64,000 nt of DNA from positions 62,001 through 126,000 of the forward strand of contig JAANOX010000030.1 in NCBI GenBank assembly GCA_020184695.1, in the 5' to 3' direction. Shown here one piece after another: positions 22,325-33,705 of the stretch; the stretch's first letter is position 1, and each line of letters starts with the position of its first letter. Below the pieces are notes generated by a model, which was not told the DNA's origin, did no database searches, and was given only the letters and a program-made list of their open reading frames with translations. Source of the stretch: Histomonas meleagridis 2922-C6/04-290x. Lineage: Eukaryota; Protista; Parabasalia. The position numbers were made by a program, and so were the translations under genes.

Positions 22325-25300
22325 ATGAATGCCGCTCAACCACTAAACGCTTTAATAAGCTCAATAATTAATGTAAAAAAGATCACATCAGAAAAGCTTT
22401 TAAGATATCGATCTGCTCTTGGATTAGCTCTTAATTCATCTTGTATTAATTCTTATGTTGAAGGTAATCCATTAAAAGTTATCGATTTTTTAATTGATAC
22501 TATGGATAAGAATAAATTTCACCCATCTTATTCGATTGTGTTGATTGCAGCAATTTCTTATGCGGCACAATTTATTTCAAAAAGTAAATTAAAAGAAAGC
22601 TTCGAAGAAATTGTTGAAACTTCAAGCCAAAATAAACAATCCAGAAAAAAACTGGATATATTTTTCGATCATATCAATACTGATAATTCTGATTTTTTGC
22701 CTTTATTTAATTCTTTTTTATCATCTGGAGGTGCTTCAATTCTACCACTTCCTGAAGAAGTAATTAGATTTCTTATGAACCAGCCTCAATCCGAGAAATC
22801 CATTGCGATAATTGTTAATCAAGATCCACAATTACATTCAAATATCTTTTGGGAGTATTTTGATCAAAACTTTAAAGATAGCTCAACCGAGAAAATATTA
22901 TCAGTACTTAATTCTGTCACTGGTAATATGCAATTATCACTACCTAGCAAAGATACAATTGACACCATAATTGAAATTTGTCAAAAGAATTCAACACAAA
23001 AAAGTCCATTTTATTTAATTGAATGTTCATTAACGATATTACGCTGGTTAACACATCATGAATCATATACACCAAATGAAATTTTGCCTAATTATTCAAG
23101 TAACTCATTAAATTTACTTGTTGTTGATATATGGTCTGAATATTTATTAAAAGGCGATTTAAAACTAATACCACATTTTGAATATCCTAATTCACGAGCG
23201 TATTTAAAGTTAATTGCAAACGCCACAAAAAATTCGAACTTTTCATTTGATTTAATTCATGTTAATCATTGGTTATGGGATGAAATATTAATTGAATTTG
23301 GTTATAAAGAACGTACTGAACCATTTAATCATTCATTATATGAATTAACGAATTTTGATTTCTTAAATTGTTTAGAAATTACACATATATTACCAAGATG
23401 GTTTTTTGTTCATTTATTACGTTTTAGATGTAAAAACACTGACTTATCTGAAATTGTTATTAAAATTATATCAGAAATTCCGAAGACAATTTTAGATTCG
23501 AATTATAATGATTTTTTAAATTTCATAGATTTTCATATAAATCGACCTACTGATGCACCATTTTTAGGGTTATGTATTCGGAAATTAATTATATTATTAT
23601 TACCAAATATTACTGAATTAATATCACGAATTTTATCAACAATAGATTATTTTAATGAGCAAAATTTATATTCAAGATTAACAATATTAAATGAAATCTT
23701 TAGATTTAACGTAAACATTAAGTCATATTTTGATGTGTTTTATTCTGTTTCTGAATGTTTACCATATTTAAAATTATCATTAAGTTTAACTGAAGCTATT
23801 TTAACAACATTTGAAATCTTTTCGACTTATATAGAAGAAGAAAGTATACATAAGGAATTATATAACATCGGCTTAGCAGTTATATATTCAGCATTTTCTA
23901 ATGATGAGCCTTCGTTTATATCATCATCAATTAATTCACATATAATATATACTTCATGTCAAAATTTTTATTCGATTGTTTCATCTGATATAGTAACTAA
24001 TCCATTATATAATTTACAATCTTCTTATCCTTTAACACCTTTTGCTATTTCATTAATTAATAAAGTTAAAAAGAATAATTATATTAACATTGAAATCCTT
24101 ATAAAAATTTTACAAATTTCTCCATTTGAAACATTTTTATTAATATTTGATTTATTTGATAATAAAAAATATGATGATAAGCAAATCAAAAAGTTTTGCG
24201 ATTATGCATATCCAGTATCTTTACATAATACATCGGAATATTTCGATATAATGATCTTAGCATTAAAGCGGAAACCGAAAATAACAAATTTCTTTGATAA
24301 GAGCGATAAAGCATTTTCAGAGATCAAAGAATTGCCCAACGATACGTATCAAATCCGAATCTTATTACAAGCTGATAAAGAAGTTACACCAAAACTTTTA
24401 ATCTTTCAACATGATCAATTAGCATTTTTTTTAGAAGAAAATACTATTGCACCAATTGATCCGACTTTATTAAACATGTTAAGTAGTTCTATTCCTAAAT
24501 CTACATTTAAAGGCGAACGAATTATTCGTTTGTTTCTTCTTCATCATAAAAAAGATCAACCTAAATATGAAAAATATGATTCATGGATAAAACGAGATTT
24601 CATTCATGATGAAACTAATAATCAAGAAGAACCAAAAGATTACAATTATATAATGCCAAATAACTTTACATCTATTGAGCAAGAAATTCAAAACTTCCAA
24701 ATTTGTTATCCGATTTCTTTAAAGCCTAAATTATCATTAACAATTATTAACATAGTTAAAACATATCATAAGAAAAAAGAATTCACGAAATTACTTGTTT
24801 ATTTGTTAAGTAATTTTGACTTAACGAATGAATGCTTATTACAATGCGATAGTTTTTGGTTTTTGAAATATTTAATACTTCATTCAATTGATTTTAAATT
24901 CCCAAATGATTTAGTTGTAGTTAAATCAGTTGAACTTGGAATTAGAACGAAATATTTGGATGAATCATACATGAAAAAATTCGATTTATATCCTTATGAA
25001 ATTTATGGAATGAAAACAAATGAAGAAGAAATTAATGTAAAACAATTGAATTTTAATATTAACTTTTCAGTATGTAAATTGATACCAAGTTATAGAAATC
25101 ACGTGATGGAAATTTTGCATTCTTGTTTATCATCAACTGAAAATAATGCAAAAGAATACTTTAATATACATCAAAAAGAAATTTCAAAGTTCTTCTTGGA
25201 AAAGGATCTAAAAAATCCAATAATACTGAAAAACGAAACTGTTTTAATATGTACACTATGCGAAATGTTTGAAGATCAGTTCTTCGCAACATTGTTTTGT

Positions 25301-25474
25301 AAAATGATTTTAAACTTAAAAGATAACTTGTCTTCAAACGTTTTGTTCCATTTAGCGCCTCAACTTCACGTGTTAATTAATAACGCTGAATCTTCGGTCA
25401 AAGAAGAAATCGATAAGTTGTTTAAAAAATGGAATAATAAATTCCCTGAAACAAAAGTCATTATCAAATGGTAA
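22325..25474 (+). CDS. Hypothetical 1049-aa protein (probably alpha-helical)
   Basis: Long uninterrupted ORF in AT-rich DNA; no motif recognised. Confidence 0.8.
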   Translation: MNAAQPLNALISSIINVKKITSEKLLRYRSALGLALNSSCINSYVEGNPLKVIDFLIDTMDKNKFHPSYSIVLIAAISYAAQFISKSKLKESFEEIVETSSQNKQSRKKLDIFFDHINTDNSDFLPLFNSFLSSGGASILPLPEEVIRFLMNQPQSEKSIAIIVNQDPQLHSNIFWEYFDQNFKDSSTEKILSVLNSVTGNMQLSLPSKDTIDTIIEICQKNSTQKSPFYLIECSLTILRWLTHHESYTPNEILPNYSSNSLNLLVVDIWSEYLLKGDLKLIPHFEYPNSRAYLKLIANATKNSNFSFDLIHVNHWLWDEILIEFGYKERTEPFNHSLYELTNFDFLNCLEITHILPRWFFVHLLRFRCKNTDLSEIVIKIISEIPKTILDSNYNDFLNFIDFHINRPTDAPFLGLCIRKLIILLLPNITELISRILSTIDYFNEQNLYSRLTILNEIFRFNVNIKSYFDVFYSVSECLPYLKLSLSLTEAILTTFEIFSTYIEEESIHKELYNIGLAVIYSAFSNDEPSFISSSINSHIIYTSCQNFYSIVSSDIVTNPLYNLQSSYPLTPFAISLINKVKKNNYINIEILIKILQISPFETFLLIFDLFDNKKYDDKQIKKFCDYAYPVSLHNTSEYFDIMILALKRKPKITNFFDKSDKAFSEIKELPNDTYQIRILLQADKEVTPKLLIFQHDQLAFFLEENTIAPIDPTLLNMLSSSIPKSTFKGERIIRLFLLHHKKDQPKYEKYDSWIKRDFIHDETNNQEEPKDYNYIMPNNFTSIEQEIQNFQICYPISLKPKLSLTIINIVKTYHKKKEFTKLLVYLLSNFDLTNECLLQCDSFWFLKYLILHSIDFKFPNDLVVVKSVELGIRTKYLDESYMKKFDLYPYEIYGMKTNEEEINVKQLNFNINFSVCKLIPSYRNHVMEILHSCLSSTENNAKEYFNIHQKEISKFFLEKDLKNPIILKNETVLICTLCEMFEDQFFATLFCKMILNLKDNLSSNVLFHLAPQLHVLINNAESSVKEEIDKLFKKWNNKFPETKVIIKW

Positions 25475-25516
25475 AAAAACCTTTTTTTGTAATAAAAAAT
25501 TCCTGAATGAAAACTT

Positions 25517-25723
25517 TTGAACATCGGCGGTTATGCGTTCAATTTTTTATACAAATTTCAGAAGGCAATTATATTTCCATCCAATTTTGAGGATGTTTAT
25601 TATAACAAATATCAAATGAAGAAAAAAGAGCGAAGAAGAAAAAATAAATATATTATCGATGAGAAACCAAGGTTTATCATTTGGAGAAATTGTTTTATCG
25701 GTTGCTGTGCGAATATTATTTGA
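25517..25723 (+). pseudogene. Degraded BspA/LRR_5-like fragment
   Basis: NIGGYAF and NCFIGC resemble TpLRR repeats; short and disrupted. Confidence 0.4.
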
Positions 25724-25932
25724 CAAAGGTTATATTTTTCATTAACGTTCATTCAAACTGCTTTTTTTGAATTTTAATTAATCGTTTTAATTTTTGAATA
25801 GTTTAACGTATTTCATTCTGAGCAGGTGTTCATTTTGTTTATTTATTCTTCTTTTTCAACAATTATTTTAATATCTTCAAGGAATATTACTGATTTTATA
25901 TCTGAAACACAAAGGATTCCTGTTTTTTAAAA

Positions 25933-26030
25933 TTGAATTCTCAATGGTGTTCTCATTGCAAAGAATTAGAACCCACTTGGAAACAATTAGAAGAACATTA
26001 TAAAAATGAATTTTGGATATTGTCAGATGT
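25933..26030 (+). pseudogene. Thioredoxin/PDI active-site fragment
   Basis: WCSHCKELEPTWKQLEEHYK (WCxHC motif); the rest of the fold is missing. Confidence 0.65.
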
Positions 26031-26191
26031 GTTCAAAGAAATGAAAAAATCTGGTGAGAACTCATCTTTATTCTTTCTTCACGACACAAATTCCGATTTA
26101 AATGAACAAATTTTTGAAAATATTTTCAAAAATTATAAAAATACGCCAACAAAATTATATAAAGCTGAATATGAAGAATTTGCTAATGAAA

Positions 26192-26334
26192 CATCTTTTA
26201 AAGCAAAAAATTATTGATATTCATGCTAAAAAATTTTTGTTTTATTTGATATTTATTTTATTAATTTTGTATTTCGAAATAATATTTGGAAATTATTTGA
26301 ATTATTTAAAACAGCACTTATTGAAGCATTGTGA
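26192..26334 (+). pseudogene. Solo ankyrin half-repeat / interruption / half-repeat unit
   Basis: HLLKQKIIDIHAKK, then 77-nt gap 26234-26310 with GG at -23/-22, then TALIEAL*. Confidence 0.8.
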
Positions 26335-26378
26335 CTCATTATGAATTGGAGAGTTATCCATATGTATCTTTATGTTTT

Positions 26379-26953
26379 TCAATGCTTCTTGTCATGTTGA
26401 TGATCATGAAATTGTGGTTTCCCTGCTTGATATGTACATTTAATGCTTTCGGAACTTATAAATTCATTTGATTTACTTAATGTGTCATATGTCTGTATAA
26501 ACAATTCAAGTAATCGGTCGTTATTGCTTTTATCCATATGCAATATTAAATTACAAATTGATTCAGTGACAAATGAAATAGTATTAGTTATATTACTTTC
26601 TTCATCTTCAATTCCAATAACATAACTTAACATATTTTGTAACATGAGATAAATTCTTTCAAAGTAATTCGGTATTAATTTTGTGCCAACCAAAATTTCG
26701 GAATTAGCTTTTCCTCATAATTTAAACAACAATATTCGGGAATAATCGAAATTAAATTTGAATTATCCGAAAAAATTTTGTTCTGCGATTTGATATTATT
26801 TTGCATTTGAGTTCTTTTAGATATTTTAAATGAAGGAGAATTTGGATGATCAAATGAAGAAGAACTTGAATGTTCAGATATTTTTGCAGCTCTTTGATTC
26901 TCTACTTTGCTCATATGTCGAATGACTTTGGCGCTAAAACAATTTATTAACAT
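26379..26953 (-). pseudogene. Unidentified frameshifted coding remnant
   Basis: Two overlapping minus-strand ORFs (104 and 92 aa) with coding-like composition; family not recognised. Confidence 0.3.
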
Positions 26954-27390
26954 AGGTTTTTTTTGAATAAGGACCGTTTATTTGCTTGAATAATACTATT
27001 CTCCATTTTTCATATGCGAGATTTCCATTCAAAATTTTGGTTTTGACAATGTCTGTTCGGCTCATTATCTGATTCATTTTGAATTGATTGATTACATATT
27101 TTTCCTATAATTTTGATGTAATTTCAAGTACTTTATTCTTCATTAAACTTTTTATATTTAAATTTCGAATTTTTAAAATTAATTTTAAAATAAATTTTTG
27201 ATTTAATTCTAATTTTGATTTCGTTTTTTACTAATAATCAAAATATTAATATGTAATTAAATTAAAATCTTGTTTAATGACTAATAAATAGATAAAATTA
27301 AGCTTTAAACTGAACATGTGAGCTGGATTATTGGCACTTTTTTCATTTCAAAGAAATTTTGCCATTAACAACCGTCATTATTTGCTCCAA

Positions 27391-30300
27391 ATGACAAAAC
27401 GAGAGACACGTCCGTGGTCAATCGATCAATTCTTCAAAGACTTTAATAATGCAGATATTGACTTTACTGCAATTGCCTTGAATGAATTGGAAACCTATCT
27501 TAAGACTCATGACTTAATCGATCAGGATGTCCAAACCATGAACTTAATTTTCATTCCTGGTATTATCCAAAGAATAACAGATGACAGGCCCTACATTTCT
27601 AACCCTATTTTTAGATTGGCCGTTATGTTTGCAAGAGCTGTTCCAGTTCAATCCATTGAATTTTTACTTAACAAGCTCTTAGAAATCGGCTCCGAGCCTG
27701 ACTGCAATATCCGTACACAGTTATTGTCAGTGTTAAGACAGATTTTAGTTGATGCTCCATCGCTTTCAACAGAGCGTCAAACAACTATTGTTGAAATTCT
27801 CTTCCCTAAGGCTGAAGTTAACATAAGAAGCCCCAGCTCTCCACCCTTAGTTACTGAATTTTACATCAATATCTTATCATATCTTATTGAAAATCTCGGA
27901 ACTTTAATTAGCGCAGATGATTACTTGGCTGTCTTTGAACTTATCCAAAAGCTTGCCAAGACTGACAAATCAGAACTTATTACATCAATTGCTAATCTCA
28001 CAAAAATCTATGCCACTAAATGTCCACTTGAACCCTATAAAGAAGATTGTGAAGACTCGCCTCTCAAGCAACTTATAGATTACCTCTTCCAACTTGAAGA
28101 ACTTCAAAATGCCATGACCATATTATCAGCAATTGTCATTTACAAGCCAACAATCTGTGGTCCATTCTTTGAAATGTTAATTGATTGTTTCCTTGAACAA
28201 ATTCAAGCAGAAGAAGAAACACAAAAAGCAGCATTAGATGAAGGCGATGATCAAAACACAAATCATTATATCCAAATGATCATTGAATATCTTTCATCAG
28301 TATCAGCATTAGTTAATGCATTTCCAGAAATGGTTTTGACGATTGATAAAGAGAATCCTGACAAAGGATTATTAGATGCCATCTTAAACTTACCATTTGC
28401 ATATGTAAATTATGGGTCAACAGAAGCACAAAGTGAAGAAAAGAATGAAGACGAACCCGAATTTACATTTGATAATGATGCATCTGATTTCGAAGATGAT
28501 GACGATGATGAAATCCGTAATAATATTGTTAGTGATGATACATGGAAAGTTCGTAAGACAGCAATTAGTCTTATATTGACATTAATGAAGAGATTCCCTG
28601 AACAATTCTTAGAATATCTTACATATACTGAAGAAGGATATTGTAATTTATCCGTTGTTAATACATTACTTTATGATACAGAGAATGGTGTTCAACTTGA
28701 TACATTTAATCTTATTGAATCCATTTTAAGAATTTATGGAAAGAAGATCAACAATAAATATTATGCAAGTTGGTTTGAAACAGCAGTAACACAACTTAAA
28801 GCAACTAAGAAAGCTATCTTATCACCATTATTAGATACATTATCACGATTTTTGATTTATAAAGTTACTATTAAGTCACATACAATTATTAAGTCATTAA
28901 AATCAACTCCATCATTAATTTCCGATAATAGTGTTAATAGTGTTATTAAATATACATTAACAATCATTCGAACACAAAATGATAATGATGATATCATTAA
29001 TCCAATTGTATCTATTTATTCTAAAATCATTGGAATGAATCAAGTTAAGACTACAATTCCAGCACTTCAAGCATCAGCACATTTATTCTATTATGCACGT
29101 GGAAAAGAAAATGAAAAAATTGATTCATTAGCTAATAAAATTATGAGAAGGATTAAGAAAGGAGGTGAAATTATGTTACAATCTATTTCTACAATTAGTA
29201 TTTTTGTTATTTCATTTCCAAATACTGAATTATCTAAGAAAGCACTTGATAAAATCATAGAAAACTTAGATAATGAAGTTGGAGGTAAACCTGCATCAGG
29301 TGCTATAGCATTAATAGCTGCATGTACGACAAATATCTTTCCAAGTGGTTATCCACAAAAGATTGTCTCTAAAGTTTCAACACAATTAAATAGTGTTGAT
29401 ATTTCTACAGTATATAGATCATTATGGGTTCTTAAGATCTTTTTAGATAAGAAGATCATTAATGAATTAGACAAACAATTAGCAGATGGATTATTTGGAG
29501 TAATTAATTCAGGTTATAATGAAAGACAATTATTAGCTATTAAAATCTTTAATTATGTACCAAAATTAGCAATACCATTTTTAAGTAAATTCTCTGGTAT
29601 ATTATTATCATCACAAATCACTGAAGAAACAGTTAAAGAAATTGCATTATTAATCTTAGGATGTTCAAAGATTAGTCCTAAAGATGTCGAGAAATTCATT
29701 TCTAAGTTAATATCAGATGCACAAAAGATTAAACAATTTAAGATTGTATCTAAAGCAGCTACAGTTATAGGTATTGTAGGAGGTTATGATCAAAGCTTTG
29801 GAAATTCTTTATTAGAATCATTTGGTAAATCATTAGAATCAAACATTACAATCTTTAATATCTTATGTATTGGTGAATTAGCATCAAACATTGATATTAC
29901 AAGTCGTAAATCACTTGTTGATAAATTATTCACATTAATGCGTAGTCAAGATAGAGGTACATTCTTATCAGCATCAGAAAGTTTAGGTTTAGCATCAGTA
30001 TCATCTAAGTCAATTCTTGAACGTATCTTATCAAATGCACAAGATGATTCATCACGTTTAACATCATATTTATTTGCATTTATTTCATTCATGAAGAAAG
30101 TCTTAAGTACTAAACGTGAGAATGAATTTAATTCATATTATCCACAAATATCTCAATTCTTAATTCATAATGCTAATGCACAAACTGAAACTTCATTAAC
30201 AATATCAGAAGCATTATGTTGTATGATTAAGATTAATAACTCATTCATTAAAGAGATTATTAATATCTCTAAGAAGAATCCAAATGGTGTATCAGCGCCA

Positions 30301-31083
30301 GTGTTAATTAGATCAATTGGATTATTCATTGAAACAGAGAAATCTGATGTTGTCGAAGATACAATTAATGAAACTATGAAACTTATTAGTTCAGAGAACC
30401 CAATATTATCTGAGAATTGTATGTATTGTCTTAAAGTAGCATTACAACAAAATCCAACATTAGTCTCCAAATTAAATTACTTTGAAGTTGCATGTAATAA
30501 TGTGAAAATGGATGGAAGTCATATTGTATCTGAATATTATGGTGCTCAACAAGTTACTAAAGATATCGGATTCCAATTACGTTTGAATGCAATTGAAACA
30601 GTTGTACTTTACTTCAAATTACAACCTTCTGCATTGAATACAAAATTATTACTTGACGCTACTTTAGAATCTATTAAAGATTCTAACGCTGAAGTACAAA
30701 TTCGTGGAATGTCATTGTTTTGTACTTTGGCTACGTCAAAAGTGACAAGAAGTTACATCAACGAAAAAGTGGCATCCATTGCTCAAAAAGTTCAGGAGCT
30801 TGAAAGTAGTGTTTCTTCTTCTACTTCACAACCATTAAAGGACGCATTCACGAGAGTGATAATTTATATTCATAAATTAATGGGCAAGAATAAGAATGTC
30901 GAAATCCAAAAGATTTATAAGAAGATTAAAGAAAGTCCAAAGGCTAAAAGTATGGCACAAGATTACGAATTGGCTACGGATAATTCTAGAGAACAAAATG
31001 TTAACTTAACTGGTAAAGGATCAATGAGTTATATACTGATGGAGAAGTTCCACGAAGAAGCAGCCCATATCTTCGCTAATTAA
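27391..31083 (+). CDS. CAND1: Cullin-associated NEDD8-dissociated protein 1 (CAND1/TIP120)-like
   Basis: About 1230-aa HEAT protein with an acidic loop followed by SDDTWKVRKTA, and a C-terminal TIP120B-like VTKDIGFQLRLNAIE. First ATG at 27391. Confidence 0.85.
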   Translation: MTKRETRPWSIDQFFKDFNNADIDFTAIALNELETYLKTHDLIDQDVQTMNLIFIPGIIQRITDDRPYISNPIFRLAVMFARAVPVQSIEFLLNKLLEIGSEPDCNIRTQLLSVLRQILVDAPSLSTERQTTIVEILFPKAEVNIRSPSSPPLVTEFYINILSYLIENLGTLISADDYLAVFELIQKLAKTDKSELITSIANLTKIYATKCPLEPYKEDCEDSPLKQLIDYLFQLEELQNAMTILSAIVIYKPTICGPFFEMLIDCFLEQIQAEEETQKAALDEGDDQNTNHYIQMIIEYLSSVSALVNAFPEMVLTIDKENPDKGLLDAILNLPFAYVNYGSTEAQSEEKNEDEPEFTFDNDASDFEDDDDDEIRNNIVSDDTWKVRKTAISLILTLMKRFPEQFLEYLTYTEEGYCNLSVVNTLLYDTENGVQLDTFNLIESILRIYGKKINNKYYASWFETAVTQLKATKKAILSPLLDTLSRFLIYKVTIKSHTIIKSLKSTPSLISDNSVNSVIKYTLTIIRTQNDNDDIINPIVSIYSKIIGMNQVKTTIPALQASAHLFYYARGKENEKIDSLANKIMRRIKKGGEIMLQSISTISIFVISFPNTELSKKALDKIIENLDNEVGGKPASGAIALIAACTTNIFPSGYPQKIVSKVSTQLNSVDISTVYRSLWVLKIFLDKKIINELDKQLADGLFGVINSGYNERQLLAIKIFNYVPKLAIPFLSKFSGILLSSQITEETVKEIALLILGCSKISPKDVEKFISKLISDAQKIKQFKIVSKAATVIGIVGGYDQSFGNSLLESFGKSLESNITIFNILCIGELASNIDITSRKSLVDKLFTLMRSQDRGTFLSASESLGLASVSSKSILERILSNAQDDSSRLTSYLFAFISFMKKVLSTKRENEFNSYYPQISQFLIHNANAQTETSLTISEALCCMIKINNSFIKEIINISKKNPNGVSAPVLIRSIGLFIETEKSDVVEDTINETMKLISSENPILSENCMYCLKVALQQNPTLVSKLNYFEVACNNVKMDGSHIVSEYYGAQQVTKDIGFQLRLNAIETVVLYFKLQPSALNTKLLLDATLESIKDSNAEVQIRGMSLFCTLATSKVTRSYINEKVASIAQKVQELESSVSSSTSQPLKDAFTRVIIYIHKLMGKNKNVEIQKIYKKIKESPKAKSMAQDYELATDNSREQNVNLTGKGSMSYILMEKFHEEAAHIFAN

Positions 31084-31410
31084 ATAAACAATAACTGAGC
31101 AAATAATTGTCATTTTCTCATTGTAAAAAAAAAGAGATTTTGTTGATATGATATTTTATTCAATAGCCGTTCGAATCTGTGGCGTATTGTGCGGCTTAGC
31201 GAGCCTTAGCCCTCATTTGCCTCCTCTTTCGCTTGAGCCTCCGCATACGTTTCTTCAACCACTTTCCACGCATTCTTCTGTAAGGCAGACCAAACCGTTA
31301 CACAGCATTCAAAATGTGGATGACCATAAATGACTTTGGCATGAAATTATTCTTCACAATTGTTGGTGACATATTTGACGATAGAAAATACGTTTCATTA
31401 TTAGGGAAAA

Positions 31411-32925
31411 ATGTCTTATCAACGTCCTCCAACAGCTTCACGTCCTCCAACATCAGGTGTTCCTCGTGGAATGCGCCCTCCAAGTAGAACACGTAATGGA
31501 ACTGAAATATCTACACCAGGAAAAATTTCTGTAGTAAATAGACCACTTACTAAACAAGGACTTCCTAGTGCTCATACTCAATCTGGTGGTCGTCAAGTTG
31601 CAGATAAATCTTATTTTATTGGAGTGCTTCGTAAAAAAATTAATGAAACTAAAGAAGAAATTGAAAGATTAGAATCTGAAACTGAACAAAGAAAAAGAGG
31701 TCAATCAATTCAAGTCAATCTCGAACAACAAGTCAGCTCACTTCGAGCCGAAATATCAGAAAGTGAAGCAATTCTTGCTGATTATAATGTATTATCAGAT
31801 CGAATTAGTAATGGTACTTCCATTGATGACATGATCAGCTGTTTTGAATCACTTGAGAAATCTAATAATCAACTAGAAGATGAAGTAAATTCACTTTTCC
31901 GAGAAAAACGAAATATCGAATCCATTGTAACTGATCAAGAGAAACAAGTCCAAGCATTAGTTAAAGGCCAAGGGTCACCAGAGCTTCAATCGATGGCCAA
32001 AGAGATCGAATCTCTAGAAAATCAACTTAAAGAATTTCAAAATCAGAACAGTGATCTTCAAGGCAAATCACGCGAAGAACTTCTTCAATTAGTCAAAGAA
32101 GCCACGAAGAAAATCGGCGATGTTAATCAACAAATTCAAGATGAGCAAAAATCACTTGGATACATTCAGAACCAAATTAAATCCATTGAAGAACGCGAAG
32201 GCGATTTACAGACTGAACATGGCCGACAATACATTAAATTACTTCAACGAGAGAAAGACATGAACACGTTCATCCAAAACTATCCACAAAACCTTGAAAA
32301 CATTCAACAAAATCTTAAAGCTACGCAAAAACATGTTTTCGAAGTATTATCCGAAACGTCGAATGAACTCGAAAGTGTAAACAATTTACCATCGATTGAT
32401 AACTTCAAACAAATGCAAAACGATTTAGCATATAAAGAACGACTTATTCAAGACACACAAACAACAACAATTGCATTGCAACAAGAAGTCGAACGACGTA
32501 AACGCGAACTCGACGACTTAAAGAACGTCGACCAAAGAATCGAACAAGAAATCCAACAACTGAAAGTTAAGATGAAAGAAATGGAAGAAGAGATGCCGAA
32601 CTTTGAGGACGTCGATTCGGTACGTGAAGAAGGCGAAATTCGGAAGAAAATGAAAACAAATGAAAGAGATCGATTAAAGAATGAGTTACATAACTTAAGA
32701 AAGGCAACAAACGCTTTGGCAACTCAATATAATGAAGCTAAGGCGAAGCTAAGGAATAACGAAGTGAACTCGAAGTTGCATTTGCTGGAAAAGGAAATTA
32801 GAGCAAGAGCACAGGATAATAACCAAACGTTGGAAAGTATCGAGGAAAATAGAAGAAGAACAAATTACGCTATTGTGAAAAGAGCTTCGATGAATATTGT
32901 GGATGAAATAAATGGTTTATTATAA
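31411..32925 (+). CDS. IFT74: Intraflagellar transport protein 74/72
   Basis: N-terminal RPPTASRPPTSG, RPLTKQGL and RQVADKSYFIGVLRKKI, followed by long coiled coils. Confidence 0.88.
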   Translation: MSYQRPPTASRPPTSGVPRGMRPPSRTRNGTEISTPGKISVVNRPLTKQGLPSAHTQSGGRQVADKSYFIGVLRKKINETKEEIERLESETEQRKRGQSIQVNLEQQVSSLRAEISESEAILADYNVLSDRISNGTSIDDMISCFESLEKSNNQLEDEVNSLFREKRNIESIVTDQEKQVQALVKGQGSPELQSMAKEIESLENQLKEFQNQNSDLQGKSREELLQLVKEATKKIGDVNQQIQDEQKSLGYIQNQIKSIEEREGDLQTEHGRQYIKLLQREKDMNTFIQNYPQNLENIQQNLKATQKHVFEVLSETSNELESVNNLPSIDNFKQMQNDLAYKERLIQDTQTTTIALQQEVERRKRELDDLKNVDQRIEQEIQQLKVKMKEMEEEMPNFEDVDSVREEGEIRKKMKTNERDRLKNELHNLRKATNALATQYNEAKAKLRNNEVNSKLHLLEKEIRARAQDNNQTLESIEENRRRTNYAIVKRASMNIVDEINGLL

Positions 32926-33149
32926 AAATTTTTAGTAAAATCTGATTGAATATTGTTCGATTACTTAAAATGTTTTGAATTGTACTAAAATTTGTTTTAT
33001 ATATTTGATGAATATATTTATAAATTTGTTGAAATTTTTGGCTTTGAAATTGATTCCAATATAAAATTTAGATACAAAAAGAAAACGTAAATATATTTTA
33101 TTCATAGTTTTTATAATGATATCTTTCTGTAATTTTAACTCTTTTGAAT

Positions 33150-33510
33150 TATAATTATATTGTGTTTATAATATTATTTTCATTAAAATCTTTAGCAAAA
33201 AGATCAGCTTCAACATTAGTAATTGACAGAACTGCTTTAAGTCATTAGTTGCATTGTTTTCATCTTGTTTTTCTCTTTCTGTTTGTTTTTGATGGTTAAT
33301 TTTTATTTTTCGGACTAAAATTATACTGCGATAATCAAACATATAATAACTATTACAACAATTACAATTGCTATGATAATAGTTTTACTTATTAAGAGAG
33401 TAGAGCATTTTGGTTTTGTGAGGAAATTTAGTAAAAAAGATTATATATGTTGAATAGTTGAACACTGTGTATGAAGAATCAAACATAGAAATAGTAAATA
33501 TATAAATAAA
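33150..33510 (-). pseudogene. Degraded C-terminus (stalk, TM helix, cytoplasmic tail) of a BspA/Pmp-type surface protein
   Basis: Minus-strand frames give KTIIIAIVIVVIVIICLIIAV, basic/acidic tail RKIKINHQKQTEREKQDEN and VEADLFAKDFNE, joined by frameshifts. Confidence 0.6.
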
Positions 33511-33705
33511 ATTGCATGATTTAATGTAAATTTATGTTTTGTGTTTAAGTGTTTTTAAAATTGAGAAAATATATGAACTAAAATTCGAATATTTTTTTTC
33601 GCGAAAAAACGTGATTAATAGTATCGATTTTATTATCTCGGCAGCGCTATGGGATAACGCTTGCCGACATTTTGCCTTCCCCGAAAATATAAAAAGTGGC
33701 ACGTA

